Positions 1 through 7,874 of a stretch of DNA of 51,833 nt are shown in pieces. Every line of letters starts with the position of its first letter. Position 1 is the stretch's first letter. The position numbers and the translations under genes were made by a program. The notes under the pieces are model-generated. The model made no database searches. It was not told the origin of the DNA and worked only from the letters and a program-made list of their open reading frames with translations. The stretch comes from a virus (Duplodnaviria > Caudoviricetes). The stretch lies in the IMG/VR virus record IMGVR_UViG_3300013285_000003, positions 1 through 51,833 of that record. One strand, written 5' to 3'.

Positions 1-123
1 CGTCGTAAAAATATTCATTGCTTGCTACATACTTGTTTTTAATTTCAATGACAGGTGATACCAAAACATCCACCGCTTTACACCAGTACGCATACCTCAA
101 AGACTTTGTTACAGCAAAAAACA
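1..123. repeat. Direct terminal repeat, copy 1 (123 bp); circular-assembly overlap
   Basis: 1-123 is identical to 51711-51833, and a minus-strand ORF reads in frame across the junction. Confidence 0.97.
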
Positions 124-397
124 CAACAGGCAATTTTTGGTTTAACAACTTTTCTTTTCGTTTGGCAACATGAATTGTTGGGTATGGACATAACTCACTT
201 GTCCAGTAACGCACCTCAACCTCCACAAATGCTACCCAGCTATGGCCTCGCTTGATGATTAGATCAACCTCGTACATAAGGAAGTCATAACCCCTAACGC
301 CCCACGCTGATTGCATATAGGCCTTCACAACATCTCTGCTGCGCTGGTCATTCTCATCAGAAAGTTTTTGGTCAAATGGCTTGGTGACTTCATTCAT
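1..397 (-). CDS. PD-(D/E)xK-like nuclease, 5' part; wraps the contig end and stops at 51670 (145 aa total)
   Basis: Not in the ORF track; hand translation MNEVTKPFDQKLSDENDQRSRDVVKAYMQSAWGVRGYDFLMYEVDLIIKRGHSWVAFVEVEVRYW...FYDVPINKFKLVKFKG; YEVDL...VEVEVR resembles the restriction-endonuclease-like core. Confidence 0.7.
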   Translation of the reverse strand, partial: MNEVTKPFDQKLSDENDQRSRDVVKAYMQSAWGVRGYDFLMYEVDLIIKRGHSWVAFVEVEVRYWTSELCPYPTIHVAKRKEKLLNQKLPVVFFAVTKSLRYAYWCKAVDVLVSPVIEIKNKYVASNEYFYD

Positions 398-404
398 GAG
401 TTTA

Positions 405-433
405 ATATTAAATTAAACAATAAGAAGTGTCAA
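405..433 (-). promoter_or_regulatory. Sigma70-type promoter TTGACA-17-TAATAT, probably giving a leaderless mRNA
   Basis: Minus strand TTGACA cttcttattgtttaatt TAATAT taaactc ATG; same layout as four promoters at 44.4-47.2 kb. Confidence 0.75.
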
Positions 434-891
434 CTATATTTATTTTTTAACCAGACCGCCATAAGTAAAGCATCAGCTCGCCCATGGTCTTTTTGTCGTG
501 TGAGGGGTGCCTCAGGAAACACGAAACGTGCAAGGTCTAGGCTTGCAACCTTCTCGGTGCCTATAAGACCGTGGTGCTTTTTCCACGTCTGTGGTGTTAC
601 TAAGACAAAGGTGTAGCCAGTTAGCTCTACCACGGCCTCTATGGAACCTGCAGCACGCATAAACTTCGAGGTGCTTGCAATACCCTGTTTGGGCATGCTG
701 TGAACGCTCTCAACGGCAATCATAGCCGTATCAAATGTTGAGACACAGCCACGCAGTGAGGTGTAGAGGGTACGAGCGCCGACCCGACCGTCGATGCTTT
801 GGATGTCGCCACAGCCAATGAACTCACCGTTGTGGTTGATAGCAGCCCAAGCACCTGAGGCCGAACCGGGATCAACGCCGATCCACACCAT
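430..891 (-). CDS. RuvC-like Holliday junction resolvase
   Basis: IGVDPG N-terminus, AVESV, VTPQTWKK, DHGRADALLMA acidic motifs. Confidence 0.85.
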   Translation of the reverse strand: MVWIGVDPGSASGAWAAINHNGEFIGCGDIQSIDGRVGARTLYTSLRGCVSTFDTAMIAVESVHSMPKQGIASTSKFMRAAGSIEAVVELTGYTFVLVTPQTWKKHHGLIGTEKVASLDLARFVFPEAPLTRQKDHGRADALLMAVWLKNKYS

Positions 892-1175
892 TACTGATTC
901 TGACTTGGTATACGGTTGCGGATCTTCTCCACCGCCTGCTGCAGCGCCACCCCCAACACTAGAGGCACATCCACGCCATCCAAATCTTCAATCATCTTCT
1001 CTACCACCATAGCGCAGGCATCTCGCTCAATCTTGACCGCCATCTTAGCGGCCTCAATTGACATGGTCATAATCTCTCTGCGCACGGCCTCAAGTTCGGT
1101 TGTTAATTCCTGCTCGGTGAATAGTTTGTTGCCAGTACCACGAGCCAAAAAACTTTTTTGAAAGTCACTCAACAT
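891..1175 (-). CDS. Hypothetical protein
   Basis: Coupled ORF in the replication operon; ERDACA motif shared with 51174-51428; start placed at MLSDFQK. Confidence 0.65.
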   Translation of the reverse strand: MLSDFQKSFLARGTGNKLFTEQELTTELEAVRREIMTMSIEAAKMAVKIERDACAMVVEKMIEDLDGVDVPLVLGVALQQAVEKIRNRIPSQNQ

Positions 1176-1383
1176 CTTCAGTTCTCCAATCCATGTGTAC
1201 GCCTCGATTACCAAGGCGCCATTGTTTTCTTACATCCTGATCCAGCGTAGACTCAGGATGCTTTTGCTGCCAACGCACCAAGAATGCATGCCCCTCATTG
1301 CGACTCTTAATCCGTAACTTAATCGCATGCCGCACAAGGCATTGGTGCCTAAACTCATCGGAATTGGTATCAATAATCGCCAT
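1165..1383 (-). CDS. Hypothetical protein
   Basis: 72 aa, overlaps both neighbours in the operon. Confidence 0.65.
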   Translation of the reverse strand: MAIIDTNSDEFRHQCLVRHAIKLRIKSRNEGHAFLVRWQQKHPESTLDQDVRKQWRLGNRGVHMDWRTEDVE

Positions 1384-2320
1384 CTACATCAAAGGGTGAA
1401 GGTAAGGCGCCATAGTTCTCGACAAACTGTTGACACTCCTTGTTATACCAAAATGAGTACCAGTCTTCAGCCTCACCATTGCGCTGCTTTTCGCACATCA
1501 AATAACAGTCAGGTGTTGTAGGGTCAACCTGACCGCCTGCAAGTATCTTATGCTCCTTGGCCTTGTTGCGCCAAATCAAAAACACATTATCCACCTGATC
1601 GGCAATTGAACCAGAACCCTTTAAGTCATTCTTGTTGGGCTTGATCTCATCACTAGACTGCTTGCGAATGTGGTGCACTAAGTGCACATGCACGTTATGG
1701 TCTCGAGCTAAAGAAGTCAGCTCATCGACAAAATGCTTTTGCTGGTTGTAGTCATCCTCACCTGACACGCATTTCATCAGCGAGTCAATAAAAATGTGAG
1801 TCACACCAAGCTGCACCGCACTATAGCGAGCCACAGAGATTACCTGCTGCATGTTTACAGTGCCCTGCTGGTCGTATAGCCACAATTTCTGTTCAGAGAA
1901 TGCTTTAAACCGATTCACAAGCTTGGTCATGTACGAGACCTTATTCGAAAATCTCGGCAGCTCTGGGTTCTCGCAAGAGAATTGCCGCAGCATACGAGAC
2001 AACGTGCGTACAGGCTTCATCTCAAACGACATGATGCAGACCTTATGGTCTTGCTTGATCAACCCTAAAGCGATCTGGCCTGTGATCATAGACTTGCCGC
2101 CACCGTTCTGTCCTGCATAAACCGTCACCTCGCCAGCCCGAAAGTTAAACGTCGACTCGGTCTTCATCCATGGCATGGTGCAAATTTGCTTAGGCTTTGG
2201 GTTTGCAACAGACTCAATGATCTCGTCTAGCCAGACATCAGCGGTACGAACCTTCTGCTGAGTGTCGGTCTCTCGCAGATATTCAGAGAAATCAATGTCA
2301 TCAGGCGATAAAATGCGCAT
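1370..2320 (-). CDS. SF4 (DnaB/T7 gp4-like) replicative helicase, no primase domain
   Basis: Walker A GQNGGGKS, SFEM, Walker B IFIDSL, HLVHHIRK, DLKGSGSIADQVDNV, EKQRNG. Confidence 0.9.
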   Translation of the reverse strand: MRILSPDDIDFSEYLRETDTQQKVRTADVWLDEIIESVANPKPKQICTMPWMKTESTFNFRAGEVTVYAGQNGGGKSMITGQIALGLIKQDHKVCIMSFEMKPVRTLSRMLRQFSCENPELPRFSNKVSYMTKLVNRFKAFSEQKLWLYDQQGTVNMQQVISVARYSAVQLGVTHIFIDSLMKCVSGEDDYNQQKHFVDELTSLARDHNVHVHLVHHIRKQSSDEIKPNKNDLKGSGSIADQVDNVFLIWRNKAKEHKILAGGQVDPTTPDCYLMCEKQRNGEAEDWYSFWYNKECQQFVENYGALPSPFDVDGDY

Positions 2321-2633
2321 AGCTGGCTCCTGTGTCGATTACTTCGTCACCGAGTACCGCAATCACTCTTTTTGCGTTCGCAGCTACAAGGGCGCTTAAA
2401 ACGTCTCTGGTGCGTACCTCATCGTTGCCAATGATATGCACTGTCAAACCAACGGCAAATCGCAAATCTAATAGGCGGATATTGTCCTCAGGCGCAATAA
2501 ACACCTCAGGCTTATCAGGACTGAAAACTTCCCAATTAAAATCCCACTTAGGATAGGCACGCAAATAAACCCAGATGGCATTAGGCTTTTTACCTGCTAA
2601 ACGCATTTTTATCAGATTCTCGTGGCCTTTCAT
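2301..2633 (-). CDS. Hypothetical protein between initiator and helicase
   Basis: 110 aa with overlapping start/stop codons; possible loader by position only. Confidence 0.65.
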   Translation of the reverse strand: MKGHENLIKMRLAGKKPNAIWVYLRAYPKWDFNWEVFSPDKPEVFIAPEDNIRLLDLRFAVGLTVHIIGNDEVRTRDVLSALVAANAKRVIAVLGDEVIDTGASYAHFIA

Positions 2634-3271
2634 ATCACCCTCCGAGTAAATGTGGGGCTGCTGCTTTCATCTTCCCAACGACGTTGATTGATGTAGGTCA
2701 TAGGCGCTGGCTCAAAGCCTGTTAACCATTGATCAGAATTCTTTAGGTTTCTAACGCTCATAAGGATTTGGTCTGCAACGTCATCCAAGTTATAACGTTT
2801 CCACTTAGCCTCGACCGCAGCCTTACCTACCTTGCGTTTAGATGCAGGCCATGTTTCCCAGAACTCTGCAAACCTAGTCGCTTGCGACGATATGTCTTTC
2901 TTCTGTATCTGTATCTGTATCTGATTAGGGTTATTTTCGGTAACCGATTCGGTTTTTTTAGGTCTTCCGCCACGCAAGCCAATCTCTCGGTTATTCCTAG
3001 CCTGAGCTTGGTATTTCAAGATTTCTGCTTGCGCACGGCGGTTGACGTAACCCTCATCTGTCTTTTCAAAGAACTCATTCAGCATCTGTTCCACAGGCTC
3101 AACATCTAACCGTACTTTACGAGCTACGGCCTTAATGTCCAAAGACAAAGGCTCTTCTGACATGTAGGATAAATCCAACAGTCGTCGGTAGACTAGGTCT
3201 TCGTACTCGTTCAAATGCGCTGTATGCGTTAAATAATCACCAATGTGGAACTTGTACCAAATCATTTTCAC
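2630..3271 (-). CDS. Replication initiator, YdaU/DUF1376-like
   Basis: WYKFHIGDYLTHTAHL..YRRLLD N-terminus, GGRPKK, low-complexity linker, FAEFWETWP..RKVGK..TYINQRRWEDE C-terminus. Confidence 0.85.
   Translation of the reverse strand: MKMIWYKFHIGDYLTHTAHLNEYEDLVYRRLLDLSYMSEEPLSLDIKAVARKVRLDVEPVEQMLNEFFEKTDEGYVNRRAQAEILKYQAQARNNREIGLRGGRPKKTESVTENNPNQIQIQIQKKDISSQATRFAEFWETWPASKRKVGKAAVEAKWKRYNLDDVADQILMSVRNLKNSDQWLTGFEPAPMTYINQRRWEDESSSPTFTRRVI
2903..2957. repeat. Putative origin iterons inside the initiator gene
   Basis: CTGTAT x3 followed by TTCGGT-AACCGATTCGGTT in the linker-coding part, the usual origin position in lambdoid initiators. Confidence 0.45.
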
Positions 3272-3471
3272 TCTCCAAATAAGTCGCTGCGAAGGTCACT
3301 ACGTTTTACTTTTCTTTTTGTTGCCTTTTCAATCAACACACAGAGTGCGGCACTCGGTGTAACTCGTCCTGCAATGATTAACGAAAACCATGTCCTGCTG
3401 ATACCCAATTGACTTGCCATATCCGCCTTAGAGCCTCGGGGCTGTTTTCTAAAAAACTCTTCTAGTGTCAT
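3268..3471 (-). CDS. Cro/YdaS-like HTH regulator
   Basis: MTLEEFF..GSKADMASQLGISRTWFSLIIAGRVTPS..IEKATKRKVKRSDLRSDLF. Confidence 0.85.
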   Translation of the reverse strand: MTLEEFFRKQPRGSKADMASQLGISRTWFSLIIAGRVTPSAALCVLIEKATKRKVKRSDLRSDLFGE

Positions 3472-3498
3472 AAGTACCCTTTTAGTTAAGTGTGGCAA

Positions 3499-3559
3499 TC
3501 ATACACCAAGGTTTAATTTAAACACAACAATTGTAATTTGATATTACATGTGCTAAAGT
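3499..3559. promoter_or_regulatory. Divergent promoter region with perfect inverted repeat GTTTAA-T-TTAAAC (3511-3523)
   Basis: Minus-strand TG-TATGAT extended -10 upstream of cro; plus-strand TTGTAA-17-TAAAGT; the palindrome lies between them. Confidence 0.6.
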
Positions 3560-3588
3560 AATATTTCCTTAAACTTGGAGCAGAGAAC

Positions 3589-3771
3589 ATGAACATAGAA
3601 CATCAACCCTATGCCCCTGCGTCAGCTACGAATGTACAGCGAACGTGGAAACGGGCATGCAACTGGATACCTCCGTCCAAAGACCCAGAAACCATTAAAA
3701 AATGGCTGTACTACCAAAGCTTGGCTTTGCAGTCGGCTGAACAATTTCAACTGAACAAGGAAATGAAATGA
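3589..3771 (+). CDS. Hypothetical protein
   Basis: GGAG SD, first gene of the short plus-strand operon. Confidence 0.65.
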   Translation: MNIEHQPYAPASATNVQRTWKRACNWIPPSKDPETIKKWLYYQSLALQSAEQFQLNKEMK

Positions 3772-3971
3772 CCCGCAAGAAAAAAATAAACAATTTTGAA
3801 AAACTTGTTATTGACATTTTGGACAGTCTTGACACGATTGTGCCAAAGGGCATGCTGGCAATAGAAGTGATCGGCGCTTTAGAGGCCGCAAAAAGCACTC
3901 TTACAAACCGATTAGTTACAGCGCAAAATTTACAAAGCCTTGTTAATGGGGTCTTAAATGAGCCAAGCTGA
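3768..3971 (+). CDS. Hypothetical protein
   Basis: ATGA overlap with the upstream gene. Confidence 0.65.
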   Translation: MTRKKKINNFEKLVIDILDSLDTIVPKGMLAIEVIGALEAAKSTLTNRLVTAQNLQSLVNGVLNEPS

Positions 3972-4170
3972 ACACCATCAAATGCAGTTAGAGAGAATGC
4001 AAATGCTTGAGGAGGCTCTAGAACGGGCTGAGGCAGGCGTTGCTAGTGAGGGCGACTGGAACATCATTCGTTTTGAATGCGGCACCCCTAAGCGCCCTAC
4101 AGTGATTTTAAAAACCATTTCTATCGGAGAACACCATGGGTTTAATAATCTCAGAAACACAGTCAGATAA
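3958..4170 (+). CDS. Hypothetical protein
   Basis: 70 aa overlapping ORF in the operon. Confidence 0.6.
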   Translation: MSQAEHHQMQLERMQMLEEALERAEAGVASEGDWNIIRFECGTPKRPTVILKTISIGEHHGFNNLRNTVR

Positions 4171-4807
4171 ATCTTATTCACGAGAGTTTGTCAAAGTACC
4201 CTTAGGCTCGCATTTAGCAAGGTGCTATGAACTTATTGACTTGGGCACTCAGTCGTATGAGTTTCAAGGCACACTCAAAGTCAGCAAAAAAGTAATGATC
4301 AAGTGGGAAATTCATTCTGAAGATGAGGATGGCAAAGGAACGTACACCGACAAGGGCGATCCTCTGTCACAGAGCGAAGAGTACACACTGTCGATGCACG
4401 AGAAGTCTAATTTGGGCGCATTGTTGCGCTCATGGCGTGGCAAAGACTTTACTGAGGAAGAGCGTAAGGCGTTCAACCTTAACAACATCCTCGGGGCATG
4501 GTGCATGCTTTCAATAATTCCCAAGACCAATGCCGCTGGCAAAGAGTTTAGGAACGTAGGCGGTGCGACTCCTGTACCCGCAATCATCAAGAAGGCAGGC
4601 CTACCCAAAGGCCACAACGAGCTGCGCACCTTCGACTTAGACAAGCCTGACATGGCCTTCTATGAAAGCTTTTCAGATGGCACTAAGGCCAAGATCAACA
4701 AAAGCCCAGAGTGGCAAGCGTTGAGTGGCAAACCACTTTCACTTGATGACCCAAATGCTATTAGTGGTGGTCTTGAAGACATGGATGACGATATACCTTT
4801 TAATTAG
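4136..4807 (+). CDS. Phage single-stranded DNA-binding protein-like
   Basis: HLARCYELIDLGTQ..EYTLSMHEKSNL..SWRG core with acidic tail DMDDDIPF. Confidence 0.7.
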   Translation: MGLIISETQSDKSYSREFVKVPLGSHLARCYELIDLGTQSYEFQGTLKVSKKVMIKWEIHSEDEDGKGTYTDKGDPLSQSEEYTLSMHEKSNLGALLRSWRGKDFTEEERKAFNLNNILGAWCMLSIIPKTNAAGKEFRNVGGATPVPAIIKKAGLPKGHNELRTFDLDKPDMAFYESFSDGTKAKINKSPEWQALSGKPLSLDDPNAISGGLEDMDDDIPFN

Positions 4808-4909
4808 AACGGGTCTTTAATGGCTGTATTCCAAGCACATGGGATATAGCATGATTCGTTCTAAATAAAATTTAAGTGCAAGATCAACGCTTTTAATTTG
4901 AGGAAGCTA

Positions 4910-5626
4910 ATGAATATTTTTTTAGACATTGAAACCGTACCAGCGCAAGACCCTGATGCAATTGTAATGCTGCGTGTAGAGGCCGATGAAGAGAAGTTAT
5001 TAATCAAGGCGCCGTCGAACTATAAAGACGAGGCCAAGATTAAAGAGTACATCCTTGCTAAACAGACTGAAATTGATACGGCCTTTGAAGAACGGTATCG
5101 CAAGACCTCATTTGATGGCGCCTATGGTCAGATTGCCTGCATTGGGTATGCGATCGATGATGAACCTGCTCAATCAGTCTGGAGCGGAATGTGGGACACA
5201 GACGAGAAATATGTATTAAACATATTTTTTAACATTTTGAATGAGGCATACAACCCAAACAATCAAATGCGGCCTACCTTTATTGGGCACAACCTCATTG
5301 GGTTTGACTTGCGTTTTATTCATCAGCGCTCTGTCATGCTGGGGGTTAAGCCGCCGTCGTTCATCCCATTCAAAACTAAACCTTGGGACACCACGGTATT
5401 TGACACCATGACTGACTGGGCAGGAGTAGGTAACCGAGTTAGCCTTGCCAAACTTTGCAAAATATTTGGCCTTGACGCTAAGGGTTCTGAGATTGGCGAA
5501 GAGATTGATGGCAGCAAAGTTTGGGACTTTGTAAAAGACGGTCGTATTGCAGACGTGGCTAAGTATTGCGAGGGTGATGTTGAGCGTACTCGTCAAGTGT
5601 ACAAACGTCTTAACTTTATTGAATAG
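4910..5626 (+). CDS. DEDD 3'-5' exonuclease (PolB-proofreading-like, standalone)
   Basis: FLDIET (ExoI), GHNLIGFDLRFI (ExoII), YCEGDV (ExoIII). Confidence 0.85.
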   Translation: MNIFLDIETVPAQDPDAIVMLRVEADEEKLLIKAPSNYKDEAKIKEYILAKQTEIDTAFEERYRKTSFDGAYGQIACIGYAIDDEPAQSVWSGMWDTDEKYVLNIFFNILNEAYNPNNQMRPTFIGHNLIGFDLRFIHQRSVMLGVKPPSFIPFKTKPWDTTVFDTMTDWAGVGNRVSLAKLCKIFGLDAKGSEIGEEIDGSKVWDFVKDGRIADVAKYCEGDVERTRQVYKRLNFIE

Positions 5627-5634
5627 GAACAATT

Positions 5635-5853
5635 ATGCTATCTGAAGAGCAAATCAAGCAAATCTATTTTGCTACCGACCATGAAGATCCTGAAGGTCTT
5701 CGGGCTGACGAAGTTGACATCTATGCATTTGCAAGAAAAGTCGAAGAGCATTTGAACGACGAGTCTGCCAAGAAAGAGCGAGCCAAGTGCATTAAATTTG
5801 TAACAAGCTTAAACTTAACAGTAGCTAAAGCACTCAACGACTGGCAGGGATAA
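5635..5853 (+). CDS. Hypothetical protein
   Basis: AGGA SD, 72 aa, last plus-strand gene. Confidence 0.65.
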   Translation: MLSEEQIKQIYFATDHEDPEGLRADEVDIYAFARKVEEHLNDESAKKERAKCIKFVTSLNLTVAKALNDWQG

Positions 5854-5889
5854 AAAAACCCCCCGATACGATTAAGTAAAGGGGGAAAA
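5852..5889. terminator. Intrinsic terminator between convergent operons
   Basis: A7-CCCCCC...GGGGG-AAAA; U-tract on the minus strand at the end of the late operon. Confidence 0.55.
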
Positions 5890-5912
5890 CAACCCTGAAC
5901 AGGTTGAGGAGA

Positions 5913-7874
5913 TTATCGCTGTCTAAACTGGTCTAAATACCAGTCTGGCACATTCGGTGTTTGTTTATAAGGATCAGCAGTACGAGCTTGATCTAGGCCA
6001 TACAGAATACCCAGAGAACTGAGTAAACCAGCTAAACCAGCGGCCTTAGGGATTGTTCGAGGGATAGTGCCCATAGCCCCAGATAACGCCCCTGCACCCG
6101 CAATCGTGGCTCCTGCTGTATCGCCTTGCTTTGCACGTTCGTAGCCTTCTAGCCCCATTAAAGCACCCGCACCACCCGATACTGCACCCATAGGGATGGG
6201 CGCCGTGCGAGCAGCTCTATTGGCAATTAAGGCACGGTTACTAGGTAACCCAGCTCGTGAGTCTCGCAAAAGAATCTCGGCTTGATTGATTGGTTCTGCA
6301 TGTTGGGATATGTGCGCACCTTCGCCTGTCATGAATTTATGAAGGTTTGTTTCGGCAGAACGCACGCCCGTTTGGCTTGCTGTGGCGTTAGCCTTAGCGG
6401 CCTCCCACGCTTGCTGGCGGCGAGCAAACTCTTGGTTTTCGGCTAACTGCCGTTGACGCTCGGCCTCTTGACGCAAAATCATTTGACGTTCTTGCTCAGC
6501 CGCCTGTGCCCGTGCCTCTGGGCTGTTTGCAAGGCGAGCACGTTCGGCAGCAGCAGCCTCTGCCTCACGATCCATTTCTGCGATAGTGCGAGCTGATAAC
6601 GCTACTCGGCCTGTTTTTGTGGTGGCATGCTCACCCAGTGCATCAACCATCAATTCAGGGTAGCGCAAAGGGGCTACACCAGACTCTGCAAGTTGGTTGA
6701 TACGAGCTTCACCCAAATCCGCACGCAACCGCAATTGGTGCGCAGTCATTTGTTGACCACGCTCACGAGCCAAGGCCGCTGCAGTAGTGCCAGAAGGAGT
6801 AGCATGCTGGACTTGGTCAATTAAAGGCACACCGCCCGTGATAGGGTCTGACGGCAGTACGGTTTGAACAGGTGAGTTTTGTATTCTAAACACTGGGGCT
6901 TGCTTGCCGCCGACATCAACGTACTGCCTGCGTGCGGCATCAACGCCCTGATTGGCTTCAGCCTGTAATTGAAGCTGGCGATCTAGCTCGGCACGGTGTT
7001 TCTCGGCCTCAAGGTCAAACACATTGCCTGCTGCACGACGCTCACCCAATCTCTCATACAACTCACGACGAGCTTGCTCAACAGCTTGCCCCTGTGGATG
7101 CATCATCTGAGTCTTAGTTAGCGGATTGCCAATCAAGCTACGAAACGGGTCATCGATTAAATCTCGGCTGTAATTCAGCGAGGTAGTATTAGGTGTCTTT
7201 TCTTTTGCGCCGAAAGGATTACGCACGTCCCCTGTCATTAAAGGCACGGCAGCGCCTGCGCCAGCCCCTGCACCGCCTGCAACTAGTTGACTGAAGGTAT
7301 CACCCTGACCACCCATTGAAGGCGGCTTGTAGGTCGATTGATCACCGTACTTGCGATCCCATGCAATACGTTCGGCCTCAGTGGCGTCTTTGCTAGGACG
7401 TGGGGGTGCAATAAAGCCCTCGGCGCCTTGCATGGGGTACATATTGTTAACAGTGCGAACATAGTTGCGAGTCTCGGCAGGCAACAAGCTTACGTCTCTA
7501 GTCTCAAAATATTTTGCAGCATTCCCCGGACCGTAGTTATAAGCTACTAGCGCATCAACTGGGTTTTTGTATGTCAACAGATTGTTCTTTAAAACCGCAA
7601 CACCGCCCCTGATGTTCTCATCAAGGTTGCTGGCATCGACCTTGAATCCCTTCGCTGTTGAGGGCATCAATTGCATCACACCCATGGCACGTTCTTTGTA
7701 CTTGGTCTCTGGGCCTTGGAGCACCGACTGATCGTCATTAAACTGTTTAAAACGGCTCTCTTGATGCGCAACAGCCAGCGCTAGGTTAGGATCAATACCT
7801 TGACGAGCGGCCTCGTCTGCGACCTTCTTTGCAATTTGAAGTTGGCTTGGGGTGAGCTTTGAAAAGTCGATCAT
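5913..7874 (-). CDS. Ejection/internal virion protein with N-terminal lytic transglycosylase (SLT)
   Basis: AVAHQESRF, AMGVMQLMPSTA, ALVAYNYGPG, ETRNYV; coiled coil and hydrophobic Gly/Ala C-terminus. Confidence 0.9.
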   Translation of the reverse strand: MIDFSKLTPSQLQIAKKVADEAARQGIDPNLALAVAHQESRFKQFNDDQSVLQGPETKYKERAMGVMQLMPSTAKGFKVDASNLDENIRGGVAVLKNNLLTYKNPVDALVAYNYGPGNAAKYFETRDVSLLPAETRNYVRTVNNMYPMQGAEGFIAPPRPSKDATEAERIAWDRKYGDQSTYKPPSMGGQGDTFSQLVAGGAGAGAGAAVPLMTGDVRNPFGAKEKTPNTTSLNYSRDLIDDPFRSLIGNPLTKTQMMHPQGQAVEQARRELYERLGERRAAGNVFDLEAEKHRAELDRQLQLQAEANQGVDAARRQYVDVGGKQAPVFRIQNSPVQTVLPSDPITGGVPLIDQVQHATPSGTTAAALARERGQQMTAHQLRLRADLGEARINQLAESGVAPLRYPELMVDALGEHATTKTGRVALSARTIAEMDREAEAAAAERARLANSPEARAQAAEQERQMILRQEAERQRQLAENQEFARRQQAWEAAKANATASQTGVRSAETNLHKFMTGEGAHISQHAEPINQAEILLRDSRAGLPSNRALIANRAARTAPIPMGAVSGGAGALMGLEGYERAKQGDTAGATIAGAGALSGAMGTIPRTIPKAAGLAGLLSSLGILYGLDQARTADPYKQTPNVPDWYLDQFRQR

